Below the pieces are notes generated by a model. It had not been told where the DNA came from. It saw only the letters and a program-made list of their open reading frames with translations, and searched no databases. Position numbers and translations under genes: made by a program. A DNA stretch of 64,000 bases, from contig NZ_CANLDB010000007.1 in NCBI RefSeq assembly GCF_947489365.1, positions 25,068-89,067 on the forward strand. Direction: 5' to 3'. This document shows, in pieces, positions 50,001 to 59,607 of the stretch. This DNA comes from an uncultured Nocardioides sp. GTDB lineage: Bacteria > Actinomycetota > Actinomycetes > Propionibacteriales > Nocardioidaceae. Positions within the stretch are counted from its first letter, which is position 1; every line of letters starts with the position of its first letter.

Positions 50001-51783
50001 CGCGCGCAGCGTCGAGGAGGCCGGCACCGACGAGGTCGCGGCGTGGCTGGCCGACCTGGCGAAGGCGCGACGTGTGGTCGAGGTGCGTGTCGCCGGCGAG
50101 GCCCGCTGGTGCGTCGTAGAGGACGTCGCCCGCCTGCGCGACGGCCTCGGCGTCCCGGTCCCGCCCGGCACGCCGTCCGCGTTCACCGACCCCGTCGAGG
50201 ACCCCATCGGCGACCTGGTCTCCCGCTACGCCCGCAGCCACGGCCCGTTCACCGCCGACGAGGTCGCGGTCCGGCTCGGCCTCGGCACCGCCGTCGTACG
50301 CCAGGCCCTCACGCGCCTCGCCGCCTCCGGGCGCGTCGTCGACGGCGAGTTCCGCCCCGCCGGGGCCGGCACCGAGTGGTGCGACGCCGAGGTGCTGCGC
50401 AAGCTGCGGCGCCGCTCCCTGGCCCGGCTCCGCAAGGAGGTCGAACCCGTCGACCCCCAGGCGCTGGCCCGCTTCACCGCCGCCTGGCAGCACGTCGTCG
50501 TCCCCGCCACGGGGCGCCGCCGCGGCGGCCGCGCGGGCCTGCGGGGCACGGACGGCGTCCTGACCGCCGTCGAGCAGCTCGCCGGCACCCCCGTCCCGGC
50601 CTCCGCGCTGGAGTCGCTGGTCCTGCCGGCCCGGGTCTCGGACTACTCCCCCGCGATGCTCGACGAGCTCACCGCCTCGGGCGAGGTCGTGTGGTCCGGG
50701 CACGGCTCGCTGGCCGGGTCCGACGGGTGGGTCTCGCTGCACCCCGCCGACATCGCCCCTCTGACGCTGCCCGACCACGAGGCGGCCGCGGCCCTGGAGG
50801 GCAGCGAGCTCGCCGAGCAGGTGCTCGAGGCGCTCGAGCCCGGCGGCGCCTGGTTCTTCCGCCAGCTCGCCGACGCGATCGGCAGCACGGACGACACCGC
50901 CCTCGCCGCCGCGCTCTGGGACCTGGTGTGGGCCGGGCGGGTCAGCAACGACACGCTCGCCCCGCTGCGCGCCCTCGTGGGCGGCGGGCGGACCTCCCAC
51001 CGCAGCCGACGGGCGCCCGCCCGGACCCGCGCGCGCCGGCCCGGCCGTCCCGGTCGCGGCGGACCCGGGGCGGTGGCGCGCTCCGGCCCCCCGGAGACCG
51101 TCGGCCGGTGGGCCGCCCTCCCCGCGCTCGACGACGACCCGACCCGCCGCGCCCACGCCGCGGCGGAGAACCTCCTCGAGCGGTACGGCGTCGTCGTCCG
51201 CGGGTCGGTCGTCAACGAGCGGGTGCCCGGTGGGTTCTCCGGGGTCTACAAGATCCTCTCCGCGTTCGAGGAGTCCGGCCGCTGCCGCCGCGGCTACTTC
51301 GTCGAGGGCCTCGGGGCCGCCCAGTTCGGCACCGCAGGGTCCGTGGACCGGCTGCGGACCTTCGCCGAGCTCGCCCCCGACGCCGAGCCCGTCGCCGTGG
51401 CCCTCGCCGCGACCGACCCGGCCAGCCCGTACGGCGCGGCCCTGGCGTGGCCGGACCGGGAGACCGGCGAGGACGGCGCGACCGGCACGGGACACCGCCC
51501 GGGCCGCAAGGCCGGCGCGATGGTGGTGACCGTCGACGGCGCCCTCGTGCTGTACGTCGAGCGCGGCGGCCGAACCCTGCTGACGTGGAGCGACGACCCG
51601 CAGGTCCTGAACCCGGCGGCCGCGGCGCTCGCCGACGCCGTCGCCGCGGGCTCGCTGGGCCGGCTCACGGTCGAGAAGGCCGACGGCGCCCAGCTGCTGG
51701 GGGCCGGCACCACCCCGTTGCGGGAGGCGTTGGACGCGGCGGGGTTCGTGTCGACCCCGCGAGGCCTGCGACTGCGGTCCTGA
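47023..51783 (+). CDS. lhr: Large helicase-related protein Lhr (full length, with C-terminal domain)
   Basis: APTGSGKT, SPLKALAVD, ILITTPESL, VDEVH, LSAT, HHGS, ATSSLELGID, QRVGRAGH; C-terminal LLERYGVV, GYFVEGLGAAQF, DPASPYG. Start re-assigned to GTG 47023. Confidence 0.95.
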   Translation: MSDEQAALEAFSPATRTWFAAAFAEPTPAQAGAWAAIRSGRHALVVAPTGSGKTLSAFLWSLDRLLTTAPPEEAQHRCRVLYVSPLKALAVDVERNLRAPLAGIGHTADRLGETLRDVAVGLRSGDTSAADRRSLASRPPDILITTPESLFLMLTSQARESLRGVETVVVDEVHAVAGTKRGAHLALTLERLDGLLERPAQRIGLSATVRPHEEVARFLGGTAPVEVVAPPTTKEWDLTVVVPVADMAQPAPYDDSRLAAPPSPPPAEPPAEDAAPAPEEDSDPFADLFGGSGPGPGRNAPGTPADPERSGSLWPHVERSVHDLVVAHSSTIVFANSRRLAERLTAKLNEIAATDAGLAADDAADPDLPAAQNPGQSGTAPGAAPLVAKAHHGSVSKEQRAVIEDELKRGVLPCVVATSSLELGIDMGAVDLVVQVESPPSVASALQRVGRAGHQVGEVSRGVLYPKHRGDLAQTAVAVQRMRSGAIESMRVPANPLDVLAQQVVAMTALDAWDVEELYALVRRSAPFSQLPRGAFEATLDLLSGRYPSEEFSELRPRIVWDRVAGTLTGRPGGQRLAVTSGGTIPDRGMFGVFLAGGEGPGRRVGELDEEMVYESRVGDVFALGATSWRIEDISHDRVLVTPAPGVPGRLPFWRGDSLGRPSELGEAIGAYTRELAGMAPDTARARARENDLDEWAADNLVTYLNEQTAAIPTLPSDRSLVVERFRDELGDWRLVLHSPYGTPVHAPWALAINARMRERYGVDGQAVASDDGIVIRVPDTDAEPPGGDLVVFEPDEIEDIVTTEVGSSSLFASRFRECAARALLLPRRDPGRRSPLWQQRQRAAQLLEVAVRYPSFPIVLEAVRECLQDVYDLPGLVGLMRRVDRREVSVSDAETSSPSPFARTLLFGYVAQFVYEGDSPLAERRAAALSLDPGLLAELLGRAELRELLDPDVLAEVEAELQRLAEDRRCRDAEAVVDMLRLLGPLTLEEVAARSVEEAGTDEVAAWLADLAKARRVVEVRVAGEARWCVVEDVARLRDGLGVPVPPGTPSAFTDPVEDPIGDLVSRYARSHGPFTADEVAVRLGLGTAVVRQALTRLAASGRVVDGEFRPAGAGTEWCDAEVLRKLRRRSLARLRKEVEPVDPQALARFTAAWQHVVVPATGRRRGGRAGLRGTDGVLTAVEQLAGTPVPASALESLVLPARVSDYSPAMLDELTASGEVVWSGHGSLAGSDGWVSLHPADIAPLTLPDHEAAAALEGSELAEQVLEALEPGGAWFFRQLADAIGSTDDTALAAALWDLVWAGRVSNDTLAPLRALVGGGRTSHRSRRAPARTRARRPGRPGRGGPGAVARSGPPETVGRWAALPALDDDPTRRAHAAAENLLERYGVVVRGSVVNERVPGGFSGVYKILSAFEESGRCRRGYFVEGLGAAQFGTAGSVDRLRTFAELAPDAEPVAVALAATDPASPYGAALAWPDRETGEDGATGTGHRPGRKAGAMVVTVDGALVLYVERGGRTLLTWSDDPQVLNPAAAALADAVAAGSLGRLTVEKADGAQLLGAGTTPLREALDAAGFVSTPRGLRLRS

Positions 51784-51807
51784 GCGCGGCCCTCTGCGAG
51801 CGGTCGC

Positions 51808-52110
51808 TCAGGCGGCGCTGGCGCTGGGGACGCGCCGCGGAGCGGGGATGACGATCGGCGTGGGCACGCGTGCGGCCTCCTCGACGGCGGTCAGCTCGCT
51901 GACCTCCCGCAGGACGTCGGACAGCGCCACGTCGAGCGCCGCGCACAGCGACGCCAGCAGCTCGGAGGACGCCTCCTTGCGGCCGCGCTCGACCTCGGAG
52001 ATGTAGCCCAGGCTCACCCTCGCGTCGGCCGAGACCTGGCGCAACGTGAGGCCGCGCTCGGTGCGCAGGCGACGGAGGACCTGACCCAGCAGGCTGCGGA
52101 ACACCACCAC
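51808..52110 (-). CDS. clgR: XRE-family HTH regulator ClgR
   Basis: [41 protein letters not shown], in the conserved position between pgsA and recA. GAGGAGG RBS precedes GTG 52110. Confidence 0.85.
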   Translation of the reverse strand: MVVFRSLLGQVLRRLRTERGLTLRQVSADARVSLGYISEVERGRKEASSELLASLCAALDVALSDVLREVSELTAVEEAARVPTPIVIPAPRRVPSASAA

Positions 52111-52236
52111 GGGGTCCTCCTCTCCACGTCGCCGACTTCCCGAGTGTTCTCGCAACGCTACTAGAGGCCCGGTTCTTCCCGACGCCGCCCGGTCACCCGG
52201 GCCCGGTCGCGGCACCGGTGGTGGCGGCTGGATGAG

Positions 52237-52301
52237 CTGCCGTTTCGTCACAAACGGCAGTTCCCGGCCGGTTCTGCCTTCCGTTTGTGACAAAACGGCA
52301 G
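52237..52301. repeat. Inverted doublet of a palindromic unit CTGCCGTTT-N6-AAACGGCAG (REP/BIME-like)
   Basis: 52237-52260 is a hairpin; 52281-52301 is its reverse complement with one mismatch. Confidence 0.75.
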
Positions 52302-52430
52302 CGCAGCTGCCCGTGCTCGGGAGGCCGGGCGGCGAGGCCGGGCGGTCCTCCGGACGCGGCAGGAGCCGCCCCCCGAGGGGGACGGCTCCTGTCGTGCAGC
52401 GGGTGGGGCGCCTGGATCAGCGCACCCCGG

Positions 52431-55400
52431 TCAGCGGGCCGCGACCACCCGGAAGGTGAGCGACTGCGGGCCGGCGTCGTTGACCACGGCGTCGTCAGCG
52501 CTGTCGAAGGTCACCTCGACCGTCTTCGCGCCCGGCCCGAACGTGCGGGTGAGCTTGAAGCGGCCGTTGGCGTCGACCTCACCGGAACCGAGGACGCGAC
52601 CGTCGCGGGTCACGGTGACCGTGCCGGTCACGGGCAGTGCCGTGCCGTCGCGCTCGGCCTGGACCCGGGTGACGATGTTCGTCGGCTGACCGGCGACCGC
52701 CGGACGGGGGTTGGCCACGACCTTGAGGGTCGGGTCCACCGGCTCGTCGATCGGCGGCTCCTCGCCCGCGGCGACCGGGACGGTCACCGTCGTGCCACTG
52801 GGGCCGGCGACGAAGTCGACCACCGAGCCCTCGGGGGCGTCGGCGGGGACGTCGACGCTGACCTGCGAGGTGCCACCGGACACGGTCCCGACCTGACCCA
52901 GGTCGGTCTCGGTGCCGTCCGGGGCGACCAGCGTGGCGGTCACCGTCGTGTTCGCCGGCGAGCCGGCGGACTTCATGTCGAGACGGCTCAGGGTGAACGT
53001 CTCGGTCGTGCCCGGGGTCAGCTCGGCCGGCAGCCCGGTCTCGTCCACCTGCTGGCGGGCGAAGTCGGGAGCGATCGGCTCGCTGCCGTCGCCCTGCGAG
53101 ACGTCCTGCAGGTAGCCGATCCACACGTCACGGTCGATCAGACCCGTGTCGCGGGCGTCGCCCTCGGTGAAGGCGGTGAAGTTGTCACCGCCGGCGGCGA
53201 GGAACGAGAAGGTCGAGACCGTGTAGGTCTCGGCCGGGTCCACCGCCTCGCCGTCGATCCGGACGGACGTGATGCGCTCACCCTCGGGGGCGGTGCGGTC
53301 CATCGTGACCTGGACGTTGTCCGACAGCCCCAGGTGCAGGTAGGGACGGTCCGCCCCGGCCGGCTGGAACTGCTGCTCCATGACCGCGAGCAGCTGCTCG
53401 CCCGTGAGGTCCACCAGCGACACGTTGTTGGTGAACGGCAGGACCGAGTTGGCCTCCGCGTACGTCACCACGCCGTCGGTGTTCTCCGGGTTGTTCGCCG
53501 TGTTGCCGGCGAACGTGAGGTCGGCCCGCAGGCCGCCCGGGTTGACGATGCCGAGGTCCGGCGTGCCGGCGCTCTCGGGCAGCCCGTCGCGCAGGGCGTT
53601 GCCGACGAGGTCGCCGACGGTGGACTCCTCGCCCCGGTCCTCGCCCCCGCTGGAGGTCCGGGCCCGGGTGATGTCGGCCGTGATCCGACCGACGGGGACG
53701 TTGCCGACGACGGCGGCGTCCGAGATCGCCTGGTCGACGATCTGCTGGACCTCGCGGACCACCGGGTAGCGGTTCACCAGGTCGGCGCGGGGGGTGGTGA
53801 TGCGGTCACGGACCCCGATGGCCTGGGTGGTGACCTCGCCCGACTCGCGGTCGAAGGTCAGGGTCACCCGGCCGACGTGCTCGCCGTACTGGCCGGCCTG
53901 CACGATGGCGCGACCACGCGGGGCGCCGTTGGGCTGACGCAGCGCGTAGACCTGGTGGGTGTGACCGTTGAAGATCGCGTCGATCTCGTCGCTCACCCCG
54001 GCCAGCTGCTGGAACTCGCTGTCGGGAGACGTGGCGGCGACCGCCTCGTCGTACGTGGCGGTCTCGGCGAAGCCCTGGCCACCGGCGTGGGCCAGCAGCA
54101 CCAGGACGTCGGCCTCGCCGTTGGAGTCGTCGCCGTCGGAGAGCTGGGCGGCGACCCGGTCGGCCGCCTCGGCGGCGTCACCGAACTCGAGGCCCTCGAT
54201 GCCGGCCGGGCTGACCAGCGACGGGGTCTCCTGCGTCACGACGCCGATGGCGCCGATGGTGACGCCGTCGATCTCGTACGTCGCATACTCCGGAAGCGCC
54301 GGGGTGGTGGTGCCCTCCTCGTAGACGTTCGCCCCGAGGTAGGGGTAGTCGACGAGCTTGTCACCCTCGACGCCCACCCGGCCGACCAGGTCGTCGTACC
54401 CGGCGTCGAACTCGTGGTTGCCCACCGAGGAACCCGCCAGGCCGAGCGCGTTGAACACGTCGAAGGTCGGCTCGTCGTCGTTGATCGCCGAGTTGAACTC
54501 CGAGGCGCCGTACAGGTCGCCGTTGCCGAGCAGGAGCGTGTGGTCACGACCGCCGGGCAGGTTCGTGCGCATCTGCTCGATCGTGCCGGCGAACTGCGCC
54601 GTGCCGGTCTGGCTGCCGTCCGTGGCGGTCGAGTTGTTGATGCGACCGTGGAAGTCGTTGACGCTCAGGATGTTCAGGTCGACCGTCGGGTCGTCCTCGA
54701 GCGGCTGGATCCCCACGACCATCGGGTCGTGGTCGGAGGCCCGGAACACGTTGTCCTCGTAGAACAGCGTCCGGTTGTAGTTGTACCGGCTGTACTCGAA
54801 GGCGATGGACTCACCGGAGTTGATCGACCAGTAGTCGGCGCCGGTGACGAGCGCGCGGGCGGCGTCGTTGGCGACGAAGTGGTCCAGCGAGCCGGACAGC
54901 CCGGAGAACGAGTACGAGTAGTCGTTCGGCTGGTCCGAGTTGATCTTGCTGTAGCCCTCGTCGTAGAGGACCTGCATCGGGTCCTCCTGCGTGTAGGAGT
55001 TGAAGTCACCCGTGAGGAAGACGGCCTCCACGCCCCGGTCGGCCGTGAACTCGTCCACGAAGGCCGCGAGGGCCGTCGCCTGCCGGGTGCGGTCGCCGTT
55101 GTAGCCGCCCTGCCCGGTGTCGGTGTTGTCGCCGCTGGCACCCGAGGTGCTCTTCGACTTGAAGTGGTTCACGACGACGGCGAAGTCGCCGGCGGGACCG
55201 CTGCCCACGGGGCGGAACACCTGGGCCATGGGCTCCCGGGCGTTCGCGAAGACGGGCTCGTCGCCGATGGAGGCCGACGCACCGACCGTGCGGACCGCGG
55301 CCCGCTTGTAGATGATCGCGTTGCGGATCACGTCCTGGTCGGCGACCGACGGCAGCTGCGAGGCGTCCGGGCTGGGCACGAACGCCCAGGTGCCGGCGCC

Positions 55401-57284
55401 GGCCGAGGCGTTGAGGGCGTCGACGAGCTCGCCGACCGCGAAGTCGCGGTCCTTGCCGAACTTGGCCGAGTTCTCGATCTCCTCGAGGGCGACGACCTCG
55501 GCGTTGGTGCCGAGGATGCCCTTGACGATCTTGACCTCCTGGCGGGCCAGGTTGGCCTCGTTCCAGGCGCCGCGCGGGCCGGCCGGCGTGCAGCTGTCGA
55601 CCGTGATCGGGTTGCCCTGGCGGTCGGTGAACGCGTCGCAGTCGGCCGGGCCCTCGTCGATCCACTCCACGCCCGTGGTCGGGAAGTAGTTGAGGACGTT
55701 GAAGGTGGCCAGCTGCACCGCACCGCCGACGTTGCGGGGGGCGGCGTTGGCGCTGCGCGTGTTGGTGAAGGTCGCCGGCGCGGTGTCGTTGCCGGTGATC
55801 CGGCTGCGCGGCTGGAACTTCCACACGTTGTTGCGGTAGTCCATGACGACCGGCTGCGTGATCGTCGCCCGCGAGCCGACCCGGATCGGGTTGGCCTTGG
55901 TCAGGTAGGGCAGCGGGACGCTCTTCTGCGTGCTCGTGTAGTTCACGCTCGCGCCGTCGTCGAGATTGATCCGACGGTTGGCGTTGGACGCGTTCGCCGC
56001 GGCGATGGCCGCGGTCTCCTGCGCGTCGATCGTCTCGGTCGGCTGCACCAGCGGCGTGGTGCCGGTGGCGAGGCCGACTTCGCCGAACGAGTTGATGTTG
56101 AAGGTGTCGGTCACCGTGAAGGCCACGGAGGACGCCGGCAGGACCAGCATGCTCTCGATCGTCTCGCGCGCCGCGTTGCTGCCCGGGTACGTCGAGAAGG
56201 TGGTCGGCGTGACGGCCGGGAGGGCGGTGTCGAGCGCGGTGACGGAGCCGTCGGCGCCCGGGGTGATCTGGGTCAGCCCGCCGAACTCACCGGCGGTGCC
56301 GGTGACCTCGACCGAGTCGCCCACGGCGGGGTAGCTGGAGAACCCGGAGCTGCCGCCGTACACGAAGATCGCGTCGGAGGCGGTCCGGGAGGCGAGCGCC
56401 CCACCGGTGCCGCCGGTCTGGATGACGAAGCCGTTGAAGCCGCCCGTCGGGTACGCCGCGGTGACGACGCCCTCGGTGGTGACGGTCTGCCCGGCGTACT
56501 CGGTCGAGGAGCCGGTGCCCTGGATCTCGGCGATCGTCAGCTCCTCCGGCGGGAGCGGCGGGGCGGTGGTGTCCCCCGCGGCGGCGTCGGGCGCCGGGGC
56601 GGCGGAGGTGAAGTCGGGCGCGTTGTCGTCGGAGTCGACACCCTCGGTCGCACGGACGGCGGCCAGGGCGTTGCCGAGGGCCTCGCCGGTGGCGTTCTTC
56701 TCGTAGCTCGTGGTGGCGGTGTTGCTCGCGCCGTAGCCCACCATGTCGACGACCCCGGAGGTCGCCGACAGGTCACCGGTGGCGGTGACCGCGCTCGTGC
56801 TGCTCGCGAGGATCACCTGACCGCCGCTCGAGCCCATCGGCAGCGCGTTGCCACCGTCCTGGTCGGGCGACAGGGCCGTGCCCGTCGCGCCCGGGTTGCT
56901 GACCTTGACCAGGAAGCTGTCGTTCGCCGGGACCTGCTGGGCCGCGTCGAGCGGCAGCACCGAGGGCGTCTGGGTCGACGGGTTGAAGGCCGCCGGGCGG
57001 TACTGGAGGCTCATGCCGGCCAGGCGGATCGGCTCGTCCGTGGGGTTGAACAGCTCGACGTAGTCGGCGTTCAGCGGTGCGCCGCTGTTGCCTCCCCCGC
57101 CGTACACCTCGTTGATGACCAGGCCGGAGCCGTCGGGCTCCGCCGCGGCCGGGGCGACGGTGGTCACCGCGAGGCCGGAGGTGGCGACGGCGAGGCCGGC
57201 GAGGCCCGCCAGGAGGCGCCGGGTTCGGCGCCGTGGGCTGGTGGTCGCGCCGGGGGGCGCGGCGGAGGGGGGTGCGAGGGTCAC
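52431..57284 (-). CDS. Secreted ExeM/NucH-family endonuclease fused to a 5'-nucleotidase (LTD-OB-EEP-metallophosphatase-5'NT_C-Ig)
   Basis: Signal peptide; LVINEVYGGGG (LTD); TIAEIQG; ATFNVLNYF, VVNHFKSK, GDFNSY, GSLDH, ASDHDP (EEP); NDFHG, GNHEFD, FNGHTH, GIVNPGGLRAD, VLPFTN (nucleotidase). Confidence 0.92.
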   Translation of the reverse strand: MTLAPPSAAPPGATTSPRRRTRRLLAGLAGLAVATSGLAVTTVAPAAAEPDGSGLVINEVYGGGGNSGAPLNADYVELFNPTDEPIRLAGMSLQYRPAAFNPSTQTPSVLPLDAAQQVPANDSFLVKVSNPGATGTALSPDQDGGNALPMGSSGGQVILASSTSAVTATGDLSATSGVVDMVGYGASNTATTSYEKNATGEALGNALAAVRATEGVDSDDNAPDFTSAAPAPDAAAGDTTAPPLPPEELTIAEIQGTGSSTEYAGQTVTTEGVVTAAYPTGGFNGFVIQTGGTGGALASRTASDAIFVYGGSSGFSSYPAVGDSVEVTGTAGEFGGLTQITPGADGSVTALDTALPAVTPTTFSTYPGSNAARETIESMLVLPASSVAFTVTDTFNINSFGEVGLATGTTPLVQPTETIDAQETAAIAAANASNANRRINLDDGASVNYTSTQKSVPLPYLTKANPIRVGSRATITQPVVMDYRNNVWKFQPRSRITGNDTAPATFTNTRSANAAPRNVGGAVQLATFNVLNYFPTTGVEWIDEGPADCDAFTDRQGNPITVDSCTPAGPRGAWNEANLARQEVKIVKGILGTNAEVVALEEIENSAKFGKDRDFAVGELVDALNASAGAGTWAFVPSPDASQLPSVADQDVIRNAIIYKRAAVRTVGASASIGDEPVFANAREPMAQVFRPVGSGPAGDFAVVVNHFKSKSTSGASGDNTDTGQGGYNGDRTRQATALAAFVDEFTADRGVEAVFLTGDFNSYTQEDPMQVLYDEGYSKINSDQPNDYSYSFSGLSGSLDHFVANDAARALVTGADYWSINSGESIAFEYSRYNYNRTLFYEDNVFRASDHDPMVVGIQPLEDDPTVDLNILSVNDFHGRINNSTATDGSQTGTAQFAGTIEQMRTNLPGGRDHTLLLGNGDLYGASEFNSAINDDEPTFDVFNALGLAGSSVGNHEFDAGYDDLVGRVGVEGDKLVDYPYLGANVYEEGTTTPALPEYATYEIDGVTIGAIGVVTQETPSLVSPAGIEGLEFGDAAEAADRVAAQLSDGDDSNGEADVLVLLAHAGGQGFAETATYDEAVAATSPDSEFQQLAGVSDEIDAIFNGHTHQVYALRQPNGAPRGRAIVQAGQYGEHVGRVTLTFDRESGEVTTQAIGVRDRITTPRADLVNRYPVVREVQQIVDQAISDAAVVGNVPVGRITADITRARTSSGGEDRGEESTVGDLVGNALRDGLPESAGTPDLGIVNPGGLRADLTFAGNTANNPENTDGVVTYAEANSVLPFTNNVSLVDLTGEQLLAVMEQQFQPAGADRPYLHLGLSDNVQVTMDRTAPEGERITSVRIDGEAVDPAETYTVSTFSFLAAGGDNFTAFTEGDARDTGLIDRDVWIGYLQDVSQGDGSEPIAPDFARQQVDETGLPAELTPGTTETFTLSRLDMKSAGSPANTTVTATLVAPDGTETDLGQVGTVSGGTSQVSVDVPADAPEGSVVDFVAGPSGTTVTVPVAAGEEPPIDEPVDPTLKVVANPRPAVAGQPTNIVTRVQAERDGTALPVTGTVTVTRDGRVLGSGEVDANGRFKLTRTFGPGAKTVEVTFDSADDAVVNDAGPQSLTFRVVAAR

Positions 57285-57405
57285 TCGGGAGGCCTTTCGG
57301 GCACGGGTACGTCGTCGACGGGGAAGTCGTCTCGGACAGTAATCGCGTCCACCGACACCGTGGCCGTCCAGCAGGTAACGGTCAGGTGTCGATTGGTCTA
57401 GACCA

Positions 57406-58026
57406 CTACTGCACGCGCTTCGAGCTGGTGCGCGCGGTGTCCTGACGGGCCCGCCAGACGTCGCGGAAGAACTCGTAGCCGGACCAGAGCGTCATCACCA
57501 CGGCGGCGGCCAGGACGGCCTGGGTGACGTAGAAGAGGATCTCGCCGGGCAGGTCGAGCGACCCGTCGACCTGGCGCAGCGGCAGGCTCAGGCCGCCGAG
57601 CGCCAGGGCCTGCAGGGTGGTCTTCACCTTGCCGCTCTGCGCGGCCGGCAGCACGACCCGGCGCAGCAGGGACAGGCGCAGCAGGGTCACCGACCACTCG
57701 CGCAGCAGCACGAGGATCGTCACGGCCCACCAGACGTCCCCGACGATGCTGAGGCCGATGAAGGCCATCCCGGTCAGCGCCTTGTCGGCGATCGGGTCGG
57801 CGATCTTGCCGAAGTCGGTGACCTGGCCGCGGGCGCGTGCCAGGTCGCCGTCGATCTTGTCGGTGATCATCGCGGCGGCGAAGAGCACGAAGGCCACGGT
57901 GCGCCAGGTCACGGACTCGCCGCCGTCGACGAGCAGGGCGGCGCCGAAGAACGGCACCATCGCGATCCGCAGCGCCGTCAGGGCGTTGGGGAGGTTGAAG
58001 TTGCTGACCTTCGCCTGTTGGGTCAC
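57406..58026 (-). CDS. pgsA: CDP-diacylglycerol--glycerol-3-phosphate 3-phosphatidyltransferase
   Basis: [37 protein letters not shown]. Confidence 0.95.
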   Translation of the reverse strand: MTQQAKVSNFNLPNALTALRIAMVPFFGAALLVDGGESVTWRTVAFVLFAAAMITDKIDGDLARARGQVTDFGKIADPIADKALTGMAFIGLSIVGDVWWAVTILVLLREWSVTLLRLSLLRRVVLPAAQSGKVKTTLQALALGGLSLPLRQVDGSLDLPGEILFYVTQAVLAAAVVMTLWSGYEFFRDVWRARQDTARTSSKRVQ

Positions 58027-59522
58027 GGGCCCACCGGCTCGGCGACCAGGTCCGCGCCCGCGGAGTCGACGACGACGGCGTCCACGAGGTCACCGACGGC
58101 GTGGCCGGTGCCGGTCAGCAGCACGGTGCCGTCGACGTCCGGGCCCTGGTGCTCGGCCCGGCCCTCGGCGCCGTCCTCGCCGAGCGACTCGACCAGCACG
58201 CTCACCGACTCACCGATGCGCTCCTCGGCGCGCTGCGCCGTGAGCTGCTCCACCAGGGCGGTGACGTGGTCGACGCGGGCGGCGACCTCGTCGGCGTCGT
58301 GCTTGCCGTCGAGGCCGGCGGCCTCCGTGCCGTCCTCGTCGGAGTAGCCGAAGACACCGGTGACGTCGAGGCGGGCGGCGACCAGGAAGTCGCACAGCGT
58401 CTCGAGGTCGTCCTCGGTCTCGCCGGGGAAGCCGACGATGACGTTGGAGCGGACGCCGGCCAACGGCGCGGCGGCCCGCACCTGATCGAGCAGGCCCAGG
58501 AACGCCTCGGAGTCACCGAAGCGGCGCATGCGCCGCAGCACCGGCCCGGAGGCGTGCTGGAAGGACAGGTCGTAGTACGGCACGACCCCCGGGGTGCCCG
58601 CGAGCGCCGCGACCAGTCCCGGGCGGGTCTCGGCGGGCTGCAGGTACGACACCCGCACCCGGTCGACGCCGTCGACGGCCGCGAGCTCGGGCAGCAGGGT
58701 CTCGAGCAGCCGCAGGTCGCCCAGGTCCTTGCCGTACGACGTGGTGTTCTCGCTGACGAGGAACAGCTCACGCACGCCCTCGCCGGCCAGCCAGCGGGCC
58801 TCGGTGAGGACGTCGGCGGGGCGACGCGACACGAAGGAGCCACGGAAGGCCGGGATCGCGCAGAAGGTGCAGCGCCGGTCGCAGCCGGACGCCAGCTTGA
58901 GCGGCGCGGTCGGGCCGGACTCGAGGCGTCGGCGCACCGTCCGCGGGCCGCTCGCCGGGGCGAGGCCCTCGGGGAGGTCGGGGGCGTCGAGGACGTCCGC
59001 GCCGGTGGCCGCACCCTGGTGACCGGGGACGCTCACGGTGGAGGCGTCGCGGTCGACCGGGGAGATCGGCAGCAGCCTGCGCCGGTCGCCCGGGGTGTGG
59101 GCGACGTGCTGCTCACCGGCCAGGATCGAGCGGAGGCGGGCGGCGATGTCGGGGTAGTCGTCGAACGAGAGCACCGCGTCGGCCTCGGGCAGCTCGCCGG
59201 CGAGCTGCTCGCCGTACCGCTCGGCGAGGCAGCCGACCGCGACGACGGCGCGGGTGACGCCGTCCTCCTTCAGGTCGGCGGCGGCCAGCAGGGTGTCGAC
59301 GCTGTCCTTCTTGGCCGACTCCACGAAGCCGCAGGTGTTCACCACGACGGTGCCGGCCTCGGCCGGGTCGGTGACGAGCCGGAACCCGTCGGCCTCGAGC
59401 CGTCCGGCGAGCTCCTCGGAGTCCACCTCGTTGCGGGCGCAGCCCAGGGTGAGCACGGCGACGTCGAGGAGGCCCGGGGCCCCGGTCGACGTCTGGGTCG
59501 GCTGGCTGGTGGTGGTCGTCAT
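58023..59522 (-). CDS. rimO: Ribosomal protein uS12 methylthiotransferase
   Basis: [32 protein letters not shown] radical-SAM triad, [13 protein letters not shown] tail. Start re-assigned to ATG 59522. Confidence 0.95.
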   Translation of the reverse strand: MTTTTSQPTQTSTGAPGLLDVAVLTLGCARNEVDSEELAGRLEADGFRLVTDPAEAGTVVVNTCGFVESAKKDSVDTLLAAADLKEDGVTRAVVAVGCLAERYGEQLAGELPEADAVLSFDDYPDIAARLRSILAGEQHVAHTPGDRRRLLPISPVDRDASTVSVPGHQGAATGADVLDAPDLPEGLAPASGPRTVRRRLESGPTAPLKLASGCDRRCTFCAIPAFRGSFVSRRPADVLTEARWLAGEGVRELFLVSENTTSYGKDLGDLRLLETLLPELAAVDGVDRVRVSYLQPAETRPGLVAALAGTPGVVPYYDLSFQHASGPVLRRMRRFGDSEAFLGLLDQVRAAAPLAGVRSNVIVGFPGETEDDLETLCDFLVAARLDVTGVFGYSDEDGTEAAGLDGKHDADEVAARVDHVTALVEQLTAQRAEERIGESVSVLVESLGEDGAEGRAEHQGPDVDGTVLLTGTGHAVGDLVDAVVVDSAGADLVAEPVGP

Positions 59523-59607
59523 GGCGATCACCCAGTATGACGGCCGGGCCGGGTCCGCCCCAATGCGCGGCCCGGCCGTCTGCTCGGGCCCCGGTCCTCC
59601 GCGGGGC

